NCBI GenBank assembly: GCA_024681435.1
Contig: JAILAV010000037.1
Span: 1 to 62,952, forward strand
Reading direction: 5' to 3'
DNA: 62,952 bases
Source: Pseudobutyrivibrio sp.
GTDB lineage: Bacteria > Bacillota > Clostridia > Lachnospirales > Lachnospiraceae
The translations under genes were made by a program, and so were the position numbers. The notes below the pieces were generated by a model that did not search any database, had not been told where the DNA came from, and saw only the letters and a program-made list of their open reading frames with translations. Below are positions 38,556-48,227 of this stretch, piece by piece; the first letter of the stretch is position 1, and each line of letters opens with the position of its first letter.

Positions 38556-39737
38556 CTATTTAACTTTAATAACCTCAACAGAATCAATAGCTGCCTTCAT
38601 AAGCTCATCAATCTTCTCATCAAGATTATGCTCGTGCTTTTCTATAGCCTCAAGCTTAGGCTTTGTAACAGGATGCTTTGCAACAAATATTGTACAGCAA
38701 TCCTCATAAGGTAAAATTGAAGTCTCATAAGTGTCAATCTTCTCTGAGATATCAACAATATCCTGCTTATCAAATGCGATAAGCGGTCTGTAAACTGGAA
38801 GTGAACAAACTGCATTAGTACAATTTAATGACTGCATTGTCTGAGAAGCAACCTGTCCAATAGATTCTCCAGTAACAAGTCCAATACAATCATTTTCCTT
38901 GGCAAAATGCTCTGCTATTCTCATCATGTAACGACGCATGATTATAGTAAGCTCCTCATGAGCACACTGCTGATAAATATAAAGCTGAATATCAGTAAAG
39001 TTTACAATATGTAAATCAATAGGTCCTGAATACTTGGCAACAAGCTTTGCTAAATCAACAACCTTTTGCTTTGCCTGCTCTGATGTGTATGGTGGCGCAT
39101 GGAAATATGTAGCTGAAAGGGTAACACCACGCTTTGAAATCATATAACCTGCAACAGGTGAATCAATTCCACCTGAAAGAAGTAACATTGCCTTTCCTGC
39201 TGTACCAACTGGCATACCGTGTGGACCAGGAATTTCAGTAGAGTAAATTGCAATATTTTCTCTAACCTCAACATAAATAATACGCTCAGGATTATGAACA
39301 TCTACGTGCATCTCTGGGAATGCGTCAAGAAGACGTGATCCAATTTCAGCAGCAACTTCCATAGAAGTCATTGGATACTGCTTATTTGCACGACGTCCCA
39401 TAACCTTGAATGAGAAATTCTTATCTTCAAATTCCTCATCAACATATTTAATAACAGCCTCAGCCATTGCATCAAAGCCCTCATCGGGTACAACAACTGT
39501 AGGACAAATAGCACTAACTCCAAATACATGCTGAAGTGCATCTATAGTATCATCGTAATCATACGCTCCTTCAACAGAGATAAAGATACGACCACTCTGC
39601 TTCTTAACAATAAACTTTCCATCGACTCTATCAAGAGATCTTTTAATCTGACGAACAAGGGCGTCCTCAAACATAAAACGATTCTTACCCTTTACACCTA
39701 TTTCTGAATACTTAATTAAAAATGCTTGGTATGTCAT
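38556..39737 (-). CDS. thiI: tRNA 4-thiouridine synthase
   Basis: EIGVKGKNR, THUMP domain, LLSGGIDSPVA, GESIGQVASQT, DCC. Confidence 0.96.
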   Translation of the reverse strand: MTYQAFLIKYSEIGVKGKNRFMFEDALVRQIKRSLDRVDGKFIVKKQSGRIFISVEGAYDYDDTIDALQHVFGVSAICPTVVVPDEGFDAMAEAVIKYVDEEFEDKNFSFKVMGRRANKQYPMTSMEVAAEIGSRLLDAFPEMHVDVHNPERIIYVEVRENIAIYSTEIPGPHGMPVGTAGKAMLLLSGGIDSPVAGYMISKRGVTLSATYFHAPPYTSEQAKQKVVDLAKLVAKYSGPIDLHIVNFTDIQLYIYQQCAHEELTIIMRRYMMRIAEHFAKENDCIGLVTGESIGQVASQTMQSLNCTNAVCSLPVYRPLIAFDKQDIVDISEKIDTYETSILPYEDCCTIFVAKHPVTKPKLEAIEKHEHNLDEKIDELMKAAIDSVEVIKVK

Positions 39738-39747
39738 AATATCCTTC

Positions 39748-40905
39748 CTATAATTGCATCATTGGAACTAATTCTGTAAGTGCCTTTATTGCTTCTTCCA
39801 CTTCTTCCATTGTGTTTTCTGGACAGAAGCTAAATCTGATTGTTCGCTCAAGCAAATCTTTTTCAAGGCCAATTGATTTAAGTGTCTCGCTTATAGCCGG
39901 CTTATTAGATGAACATGCCGAACCAGCTGATACTAAAATTCCATAATTGTCCTGAAGAGCATTAAGAATAACCTGGGCTCTTGTACGATTTCCCTTAATT
40001 GAAACACTGACAATCTGAGGGGCACTATTCTCATCTAAATGACCATTAACAGAAACTCCCTCTATAGAAGAAACTCCTTCAATCAAACGATGTCTCATAG
40101 CATACAAATGTTTTTGCTTCTCGTCAAGATTTTCATATGCATTTTTTGCAGCAACGCCAAGAGCTGCTATTGCTGGAACATTTTCAGTACCAGAACGCAT
40201 GCCTCTCTCATGGCCGCCACCAAGTATCTGAGGAACCATAATATTGTATATTTCCTCATTTATATAAATAAATCCAGACCCCTTAGGACCATGAATCTTA
40301 TGTCCACTAACTGTGAGTATATCTATTCCAAGCTTCTTAGAATAAATATTAAACTTACCAAAAGCCTGAATGGCATCAACATGGAATAGAATCTCTTTAT
40401 TAAAGCTCTTAATTATCTTTGAAGCCTCAGCAATTGGCTGAAGCGCTCCAATTTCGTTGTTAACCATCATAATAGAAACAAATATTGTATCATCTCTAAG
40501 AGCTGATTTAAGCTCTTCAAGATCAATCACACCATACTCATCTGTTCCAAGATATGTAACCTCGAAGCCTTCTTTCTTCTCGAGATATTTTATTGGATTA
40601 AGAACTGAAGCGTGCTCTACTTTTGTAGTAATAATATGATTTCCACGACGCTTCTTTGCTGCGACTCCACCTTTAATAGCCAAGTTATTGCCCTCGGTTC
40701 CACCAGATGTAAAATAAACTTCCTTTGGCTGAACCTTTAAAATACCAGAAATAATATCTCTAGTATCCTTTAAATAGTCTTTACCCTTAGCGCCCAAGCC
40801 ATGAAGAGATGATGGATTTCCAAAATCCTCCAATAGGCACTTATTCATAATTTCTACTGCTTCATCCAGACATCTAGTTGTTGCAGAATTATCAAAATAT
40901 ATCAT
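39748..40905 (-). CDS. Cysteine desulfurase (IscS/NifZ-type, paired with thiI)
   Basis: YFDNSATT, GNPSSLH, SGHKIHGPKG, SAGSACSS. Confidence 0.94.
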   Translation of the reverse strand: MIYFDNSATTRCLDEAVEIMNKCLLEDFGNPSSLHGLGAKGKDYLKDTRDIISGILKVQPKEVYFTSGGTEGNNLAIKGGVAAKKRRGNHIITTKVEHASVLNPIKYLEKKEGFEVTYLGTDEYGVIDLEELKSALRDDTIFVSIMMVNNEIGALQPIAEASKIIKSFNKEILFHVDAIQAFGKFNIYSKKLGIDILTVSGHKIHGPKGSGFIYINEEIYNIMVPQILGGGHERGMRSGTENVPAIAALGVAAKNAYENLDEKQKHLYAMRHRLIEGVSSIEGVSVNGHLDENSAPQIVSVSIKGNRTRAQVILNALQDNYGILVSAGSACSSNKPAISETLKSIGLEKDLLERTIRFSFCPENTMEEVEEAIKALTELVPMMQL

Positions 40906-40907
40906 TG

Positions 40908-41639
40908 CTAGAATTCCTCGCATTTAAGCATCAACATGCTAAGTGAGCATATTGCTGCTGTATCTGTTCTAAGTATACGTTTACCAAGTGAAATAAGCTT
41001 TACGCTATCTTGAACCATCTCGATTTCCGTTGGAGCAAATCCACCCTCAGGTCCAATAAACACACCAATGCTTTGGCCTTTTTCAAGGCAGGCCAGCATA
41101 TCAAATGTATCCTTCATTCCATTTTTGCTTTCGTAAGGAAGCAAAAGCACATCCAAATCCTTTGCGTATTCATAGGCTTCTTTAAATGTCATAACAGCAT
41201 GAATACTTGGAATAATTGAACGCTTTGACTGCTCAGCTGCAGATTTTGCTATAGCCTGATACCGCTCCACTTTGGATTTTTTCTTTTTGTCATCAAGCTT
41301 AACAATGCAGTTCTTCATCTCTACTGGAATAATTTCAAAAACTCCCAGCTCAACACATTTTTCAATAATTGTCTCCATTCTATCCCCTTTAGGAATAGCC
41401 TGAAACAAATAAATCTTATTAGGAAGCTCTGTAGATGGGACTTCTTCAACCACGGTGGCAACCAGGTCTTTATCTACATAATCCGATACTTCGCAGATGT
41501 AGTTTGTACCATCTAACACTGATACTCGAATACGCTCTCCGGGACGAAGTCTTACTACTTTTGTAAGATGATGTGCATCTTGACCAGTTATATTAAATTT
41601 GCCATCAAGTGGCCCTTCATTAACAAAAACTTGTTGCAT
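40908..41639 (-). CDS. rsmE: 16S rRNA m3U1498 methyltransferase
   Basis: HLTKVVRL, EKCVELGV, IGPEGG, LGKRILRTDTA. Confidence 0.96.
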   Translation of the reverse strand: MQQVFVNEGPLDGKFNITGQDAHHLTKVVRLRPGERIRVSVLDGTNYICEVSDYVDKDLVATVVEEVPSTELPNKIYLFQAIPKGDRMETIIEKCVELGVFEIIPVEMKNCIVKLDDKKKKSKVERYQAIAKSAAEQSKRSIIPSIHAVMTFKEAYEYAKDLDVLLLPYESKNGMKDTFDMLACLEKGQSIGVFIGPEGGFAPTEIEMVQDSVKLISLGKRILRTDTAAICSLSMLMLKCEEF

Positions 41640-41646
41640 ATCTCTC

Positions 41647-42606
41647 TTAATTTTTCTTTGCTGTGATATTTACCCATTCACCCTGATGATTAATCTCAAG
41701 AATTTCAAGACCAACCTTTTCAAGGGCTTCTTTAACTTCATTTTCTTTGAAATCAATTATTCCAGATGATATGAAATATGCACCTGATTTCATTGTGGGT
41801 GGAATAGCAGGCGCCATTGCAATAATGATATCAGCTAAAATATTAGCAACTACAACATCATATTTTTCATAACCAACTTTATCCTGTAAATCCTTATCAT
41901 CGATAAGATTTCCCACATAGAAATCGCCTGCTTCTCTAGGAATATGATTTACTTCGAAATTCTCATATGTAGATGCAATGCAATCCTCATCTATATCAGT
42001 ACCAGCAATGTGACACTGTCCATCTAAAAGCTTATTAGCAATAATAGAAAGAATACCACTTCCGCATCCAACATCCAGAATCTCATCTCCTGGTTTGAGA
42101 TATTTCTTTAACTGGCGAATGCAAAGTTGTGTTGTCTCATGCTTACCAGTACCAAAAGAAACACCAGGATCAATCTCGACAAAAATCTTTCCTTTATCTT
42201 CAGGAGAGATTTCCTCCCAAGTAGGCTTGATAAGAATATCATCAATATAGAAAGACTTAAAGAACTGCTTCCAATTGTTAATCCAATCTTCTTGTTTGGT
42301 AATGGATGTATCGATTGTACCCTCACCAATTTCCATAGTTTCTTTAAGTTCTTCTAAGGCTGCCTTAACCTGAAGTAAAAGTGACTCATGATCATCATCC
42401 TCTCCAAGATAAAAGCTTACCTTTGAAAAGCCCTTATCCTCAGGCAAATCTGGCTGAAGTTCCTCATACTCTCCGCCTTGCTTTTCGCCTGAAACCGGCA
42501 CATTGTTTTCTATCTCGATAGAAACAATACCGAGCTCCATAAGCATTGCGCTGACAAAATCTTCAGCAAATGTTGTTGTATTGATAGAATATTTAATCCA
42601 ATTCAT
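41647..42606 (-). CDS. prmA: Ribosomal protein L11 methyltransferase
   Basis: DPGVSFGTGKHETT, LDVGCGSGIL, ANILA; ATG 42606. Confidence 0.96.
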   Translation of the reverse strand: MNWIKYSINTTTFAEDFVSAMLMELGIVSIEIENNVPVSGEKQGGEYEELQPDLPEDKGFSKVSFYLGEDDDHESLLLQVKAALEELKETMEIGEGTIDTSITKQEDWINNWKQFFKSFYIDDILIKPTWEEISPEDKGKIFVEIDPGVSFGTGKHETTQLCIRQLKKYLKPGDEILDVGCGSGILSIIANKLLDGQCHIAGTDIDEDCIASTYENFEVNHIPREAGDFYVGNLIDDKDLQDKVGYEKYDVVVANILADIIIAMAPAIPPTMKSGAYFISSGIIDFKENEVKEALEKVGLEILEINHQGEWVNITAKKN

Positions 42607-42652
42607 AATTACCTCAAAAAAGAACTGCCACCTACTGGCAGTTCTAATAATC

Positions 42653-43504
42653 TTAAGCTCCTTGCTGATTAACAATTTCCTCTTTGAGCTCTACACATTT
42701 ATCTTTGAGCTTTCTAGATGTAGTAGGTGACTGAATAAGTCTTGCAATGATTTTCATTGCTGCATCATATTTCTTATAATGTACAGACATATTTGCAAGC
42801 ATAAACTCTACCGCCTCAGAAGCCATACCACAATATGGTGGAGTTTCCTGAGAAATAGCCTTCATAAAGCCTTCATAAGCCTGTGCATAAAAGCCTTCAT
42901 ATTCTTTCTTAACTAATTCAACTACTTTTGGATCAGCCTCTTTATTTCCTTCAAGCTCCTTTAACTGAGCTCTGCGAAGCCAAGCAATCTTAAGACATAC
43001 ATAAGCCTTTTCAGACATCTTTGCACGCTTCTTCATTGTGCAAATAAGAGCAAGCTTAAACTTTTCAATTGAATATTCGTATGAATATGTTTCTGGTAAA
43101 GCCTCTTTTGGTTGAGGCTTAAAGCTAGGACAAAACTCTGCTCTGATAAGCTTAACACGAGCTGTGTCAATCTTAGAGAATGTAGTGTCTAGTGCTGAAT
43201 ATCCACAATTAGGACATGAAATAAAATCATATTTGCATTTATCAACATGCTCATAATTAGGTCTTAAATCAAAATCTGGCTCTAGTCTCTTAAGCTTTGT
43301 AGTAAGAACAGCTTTAATAGGGAACTCTTTGTCACAAACTGGACAACGAACCTTTTTATCTAATATAAAATCCTTTTCTTGCTTTACTACTGGCGCTGCT
43401 GCCTTTGCTGCAGCAGCCTCTTTCTTTGGCTTATCATCAGCCAAAATATCAAGCTCTCCATCCATTGAAAAGCCAAATTTTTCCATTCCTGATAATAAAT
43501 TCAT
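42653..43504 (-). CDS. DUF2225-like protein (zinc ribbon plus helical repeats)
   Basis: CPVC..DFDLRP..CPNCGY, LKIAWLRR. Confidence 0.8.
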   Translation of the reverse strand: MNLLSGMEKFGFSMDGELDILADDKPKKEAAAAKAAAPVVKQEKDFILDKKVRCPVCDKEFPIKAVLTTKLKRLEPDFDLRPNYEHVDKCKYDFISCPNCGYSALDTTFSKIDTARVKLIRAEFCPSFKPQPKEALPETYSYEYSIEKFKLALICTMKKRAKMSEKAYVCLKIAWLRRAQLKELEGNKEADPKVVELVKKEYEGFYAQAYEGFMKAISQETPPYCGMASEAVEFMLANMSVHYKKYDAAMKIIARLIQSPTTSRKLKDKCVELKEEIVNQQGA

Positions 43505-43533
43505 TTTGCAATCCTTTTCTAAACAGATTACTG

Positions 43534-45204
43534 TTAATTATTTGTAGGCAATTTAAATGAGCTCTTTAACGAGACAATTCTATTAAATACCAAAGCGTCT
43601 TCTTTGGAATCTTTCGCATCTACACAGAAAAATCCTTGTCTTACGAATTGGAAACTGTCATATGCCTTTGCATCCTTAAGTGATGGCTCAACAAGGCAAT
43701 TCTTAAGAACTGTAAGTGAATTTGGGTTAAGATTTAAACTACCATCCTCATTATACACTCCTTTTTCCTCATCCACAATGTTTTCATAGAGACGCACTTC
43801 AGCATTAAGGGCTGTTTTAGCAGCAACCCAGTGGATTGTTCCTTTGACTTTACGTCCGTCAGGAGCATCACCACCCTTTGTAGCTGGGTCATAAGTACAG
43901 TGAATGCATATAACATTGCCATTTTCATCTGTCTCATATGATGTACATGTAACAAAGTAAGCATTCATAAGGCGAACTTCATTGCCTGGATAAAGTCTAA
44001 AGTATTTCTTAGGAGGCTCAATCATAAAGTCCTCTCTATCAATATAAAGCTCTTTTCCAAATGGAATCTGACGACTACCAAGCTCAGGATTCTCTAAGTT
44101 ATTAGGAGCGTCAAGCCACTCTACCTCATCGCTCTCGTAATTATCAATAACAAGCTTAACTGGATCAAGCACTGCCATAACACGGCTACGGCTAGTCTTA
44201 AGGTCCTCACGGATGCAATACTCAAGCATTGCATAGTCTGAAGAAGAATTAGCCTTTGAAACACCAGAGAGCTCAACAAACTTGCGAAGTGATTCAGGTG
44301 TAAAACCACGACGGCGAAGAGCTGCGATAGAAACAAGACGTGGATCATCCCAACCGTCTACAATTCCATCCTCAACAAGCTTTTTGATATATCTCTTACC
44401 TGTAACAACATTTGTAAGATACATCTTAGCAAACTCAATCTGACGTGGTGGATTAGCAAAACCTGCAGACTTAACTACCCAATCGTAAAGAGGTCTGTGG
44501 TCCTCAAACTCAAGTGTACAGATAGAGTGTGTGATGCCTTCGAATGCATCCTCAAGTGGATGAGCGAAATCGTACATTGGATAAATGCACCACTTATCGC
44601 CAGTATTGTGATGTGTCATGTGAGCAACTCTGTAAAGAATTGGATCACGCATATTGATATTAGGAGATGCCATATCAATCTTTGCACGAAGTGTATGGCT
44701 ACCATCCTCAAATTTTCCATTTTTCATATCTTCAAACATCTGAAGATTCTCTTCGATGCTGCGATCACGATTTGGATCGTTCTTACCTGGCTTTTCAAAG
44801 TCGCCACGATACTCTCTCATTTCCTCAGCTGTAAGGTCTGAAACATATGCAAGACCTTTTTTAATAAGATCTACAGCAACTTCATACATCTTATCAAAAT
44901 AGTTAGAAGCAAAATATAAGTGCTCGCCCCAATCAGCACCAAGCCACTGAATATCAGCTTTAATTGAATCTACGAACTCAACCTTTTCCTTTGTTGGGTT
45001 AGTATCATCAAATCTCATATGGAACTCGCCATTATACTTCTTTGCGAGACCGTAATTTAAGATAATAGACTTAGCATGTCCAATATGTAAATATCCATTA
45101 GGCTCAGGTGGAAAACGTGTACAAACATGATCGTATACACCTTCCTTTAAGTCCTTATCGATTTCAAGCTCGATAAAATTTTTGCTTACTACTTCTTCGC
45201 TCAT
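43534..45204 (-). CDS. glnS: Glutaminyl-tRNA synthetase
   Basis: [40 protein letters not shown]. Confidence 0.97.
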   Translation of the reverse strand: MSEEVVSKNFIELEIDKDLKEGVYDHVCTRFPPEPNGYLHIGHAKSIILNYGLAKKYNGEFHMRFDDTNPTKEKVEFVDSIKADIQWLGADWGEHLYFASNYFDKMYEVAVDLIKKGLAYVSDLTAEEMREYRGDFEKPGKNDPNRDRSIEENLQMFEDMKNGKFEDGSHTLRAKIDMASPNINMRDPILYRVAHMTHHNTGDKWCIYPMYDFAHPLEDAFEGITHSICTLEFEDHRPLYDWVVKSAGFANPPRQIEFAKMYLTNVVTGKRYIKKLVEDGIVDGWDDPRLVSIAALRRRGFTPESLRKFVELSGVSKANSSSDYAMLEYCIREDLKTSRSRVMAVLDPVKLVIDNYESDEVEWLDAPNNLENPELGSRQIPFGKELYIDREDFMIEPPKKYFRLYPGNEVRLMNAYFVTCTSYETDENGNVICIHCTYDPATKGGDAPDGRKVKGTIHWVAAKTALNAEVRLYENIVDEEKGVYNEDGSLNLNPNSLTVLKNCLVEPSLKDAKAYDSFQFVRQGFFCVDAKDSKEDALVFNRIVSLKSSFKLPTNN

Positions 45205-45224
45205 TATTTATAAGTCCCTTCTAG

Positions 45225-46106
45225 TTATTTTATATGTTGATGAGTAAACAGATGATCACTGCAATACTCATAATTTCCATTGCATTTGCTACAAAATCTA
45301 AATTCTAATTCAGGATTAGTAATTTCAGTACGTCCACAAACAGCACATTTATGTCTGGCTATAGGTGTGCCATCTCTGTATTTTGTTCGTGGTGGTGTAG
45401 CCTGTCGTCTAAATTCTGCACGACGATGAATGTCCTTTGGATTAAATCTTGTTGTATCTCTAGTGAGTAAATAGAAAACAAGGAAATTCACAACTGAAGC
45501 AATAATTGGTGCTGCAGCAAACCACAATCCGCCTCGGATGTAAGATAATGCCTGATAACCAATAATTACCACATAAAAAATCGACATCCATTTCATCTTA
45601 ATTGGAATGATGAAATATAAAAGCACCTGCATATCCGGGAAGCATGCAGAAAATGCCAAAAATATCGAAAGTAATACATAGTTCGTAGTAGTAATACCAC
45701 CAATATAACCTACCGGTATAGCTGTACCATAAATTAAATAGGTAATGAATGCTCCAATTAAGGTGAAAAACATTCCGCCAAAAATAAACACATTAAATTT
45801 GAATGAACCCCATGTCTGCTCCAATGTTGTTCCTAACTGATAATATAAGAAGAACATGATGATAGCAAAAATGAGACTTCTATCTGGTGGAATAATAATC
45901 CAAGAAACCAAGCGCCAAATCTGACCATGTAAAATATAATATGGTTCAAGTGTCAAAAAGTTAAGATAAGGGACTCCTGTAAATCTCTGTCCAAAATCCA
46001 AAAGGTACCCAATACCATAAGCTGCCAAAATATATACAATAAGGTTATTTACCGCAAATTTTCCTAACTTCTTCTCTAATTTATCTAGCAAATTTATATC
46101 CTCCAA
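45225..46106 (-). CDS. Rhomboid/Derlin-like membrane protein with C-terminal Cys/His zinc finger
   Basis: GQIWRL, LG..LE..WG, about 6 TM; CAVC...CSKC...CSDH...H.H. Confidence 0.7.
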   Translation of the reverse strand: MEDINLLDKLEKKLGKFAVNNLIVYILAAYGIGYLLDFGQRFTGVPYLNFLTLEPYYILHGQIWRLVSWIIIPPDRSLIFAIIMFFLYYQLGTTLEQTWGSFKFNVFIFGGMFFTLIGAFITYLIYGTAIPVGYIGGITTTNYVLLSIFLAFSACFPDMQVLLYFIIPIKMKWMSIFYVVIIGYQALSYIRGGLWFAAAPIIASVVNFLVFYLLTRDTTRFNPKDIHRRAEFRRQATPPRTKYRDGTPIARHKCAVCGRTEITNPELEFRFCSKCNGNYEYCSDHLFTHQHIK

Positions 46107-46205
46107 ATATACTAAATCCTAATATAATAATATAAAATGACATAAATATAGACTTTAAAGATTATAAACCTTTAAAGCCTATATTAGCAACAGAATTGTT
46201 AAATT

Positions 46206-47261
46206 TTATTGATGATAATCAAGCTCATCCTTCTCAAAATAATTTAAACAATTTTTCTTATCAATTCGTGTATATGGTACATAAATATATTTGTCATCTT
46301 TAAGATTTATGTCTGATGGAACAGTCCCTTCAGTACCGAGGCCTACTGCAAGTCTTGCAATTATTCTTCCCTTTTCTTCCGAATCATTCAAAACCGTTCC
46401 TTCAATGTAACCCTTATCTATCATTTCAAGGACTTCGTCTTGTCCATTGACACCAACAATAAGCGGCATAGGCTTTACGCCAAAATCCTTCAGTGCATCT
46501 ACAGCACCAAGTGCAATATTATCATCATTGCAAAGAATCAACTCAATTTGCCTTGGATATCCTTGTAAAATAGAAGTCATTTTAGTATGAGCCTGCTGAC
46601 GATCCCAATTGGCAATTTCATCACCAAGACGTTCAACTCTTACTCCGCCTTTTTGAATTCTTTCAACCGAAACTCTACTGCGAACAATTGCATCCTGATG
46701 TCCAGGTTCCCCTTCCAAAAGGACATATTGAATAATTCCATCATGATTCAAATCAAGCTCATCAGACCTCTCTGCCCAGGCATCCAGGACAATATCTCCT
46801 TGGATTCTACCGCTTTCCTCAGGAATAGCTCCAACATAATATAGTTTATCGAATCGATTTAAATCATCCTCAACTAATTCTCTATTAAAGAAAATAATAG
46901 GTATATCAGCAGCCTTTGCCGCGTCTATAATAACCGATGCATCTGTTCTATCCACCAAATTAACACAGATTACATCATAGCCTTTGTCTATAAAATCCTG
47001 TACCTGTTCATTTTGTAATAGTTGATCCTTATTGGCGTAAACAACCTTTGTTGTAATTTCTACCCCAGTCTCCTCCTGAGACTTAATCAGATTATCTTCA
47101 ATATTATGTCTTATACTTTCTGTAAAAACGTCAAACTCACTGCACATAGTGACTCCGACTTTAATTCTTTCTTTAGGCTTATTATTGTCTATTCCATTAG
47201 TGCAGCCGCAGAATAACGTAAGTATTAGAGCATAAATTAGAATAACTCTGCATTTTTTCAT
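46206..47261 (-). CDS. Sugar-binding lipoprotein (MglB/galactose-binding-like)
   Basis: VNLVD, FFNRE, GEPGHQDA, NWDR, CNDDNIALGA. Confidence 0.88.
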   Translation of the reverse strand: MKKCRVILIYALILTLFCGCTNGIDNNKPKERIKVGVTMCSEFDVFTESIRHNIEDNLIKSQEETGVEITTKVVYANKDQLLQNEQVQDFIDKGYDVICVNLVDRTDASVIIDAAKAADIPIIFFNRELVEDDLNRFDKLYYVGAIPEESGRIQGDIVLDAWAERSDELDLNHDGIIQYVLLEGEPGHQDAIVRSRVSVERIQKGGVRVERLGDEIANWDRQQAHTKMTSILQGYPRQIELILCNDDNIALGAVDALKDFGVKPMPLIVGVNGQDEVLEMIDKGYIEGTVLNDSEEKGRIIARLAVGLGTEGTVPSDINLKDDKYIYVPYTRIDKKNCLNYFEKDELDYHQ

Positions 47262-47273
47262 AAGTAATCTCCA

Positions 47274-48227
47274 TTATTTTACAAATGGGAATAGTACCTT
47301 TTCCATTTGTTCCGAATGAATTGAATCCTTGTCAGTTATGTAATACAAAGCACCTACATCATAAACTGTAGATACTTTCTTATCTAAAGCCTCACATACA
47401 GCAAGGTAACCAAGGGAATAATCGTCTTCAAATGCCACAGCATTAATATCATTAGAATCAAGATAATAAACAGCTTCCCTACTGTTATCTACACTGTATA
47501 CAAGCACTTTGGCTTTAAGCTTACTTTGAGCTTTAGCTGCCGCTTCCATAGTTTCATTATCAAGCGTAATAAACCCATTATATAATCCAGATTGTCCAAG
47601 ATTATACATACTTTGATTTAATGTGCCGGAAGTTGCAGACATAAGTCTATATTCAACATTTATGGATGAATTTTTTAGAGTTTCTTCTATGGCCTCTCTA
47701 ATTTCAACAGTGTTAATGTCTTCTTTAGTAGATACCATAATAAGCTTTTTTGCCTGACAATTGTCAATGATATAATTACCAAAATCGCATCCCAACTGAT
47801 AATCGTTAGTTAAAATAGAAGTTTTGTCGGCTTTATAGAGTCCATTTTTTACAAAAACAATTTTGTCAGCATAATCAGTTGCTTTAACATACTCTTTCAT
47901 AGCCTGATAATCGCTGGATGCCACCATAACATAATCTGCTCCTTCATCAAGCTGTCTTTCTATGTTTTCGACCTCTCCTTCAAATCCATATTCCACCGGA
48001 GAATTAATAAAATCTACTATGCAGTCTTCATCTATAGCCGCAGTTTCTGCGCCAGCCACAAGATTTTCCCATTTATCTAGATTATCACCAGTAAGAACAA
48101 AGGATAATTTTACATCCTCTTTCTTTTGCTCACTGTTATTAATATAGATATAAGTTTCAATTGAAATAAGTAAAAGTAAAGCCAGAGAAAAACCTACAAA
48201 CAGTCTTTTATTTCGCATATCCTTCAC
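47274..48227 (-). CDS. Divergent periplasmic-binding-protein-fold accessory protein
   Basis: N-terminal hydrophobic anchor, W..L..GA..AA, DYSLGY; located in the sensor operon. Confidence 0.7.
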   Translation of the reverse strand: MKDMRNKRLFVGFSLALLLLISIETYIYINNSEQKKEDVKLSFVLTGDNLDKWENLVAGAETAAIDEDCIVDFINSPVEYGFEGEVENIERQLDEGADYVMVASSDYQAMKEYVKATDYADKIVFVKNGLYKADKTSILTNDYQLGCDFGNYIIDNCQAKKLIMVSTKEDINTVEIREAIEETLKNSSINVEYRLMSATSGTLNQSMYNLGQSGLYNGFITLDNETMEAAAKAQSKLKAKVLVYSVDNSREAVYYLDSNDINAVAFEDDYSLGYLAVCEALDKKVSTVYDVGALYYITDKDSIHSEQMEKVLFPFVK

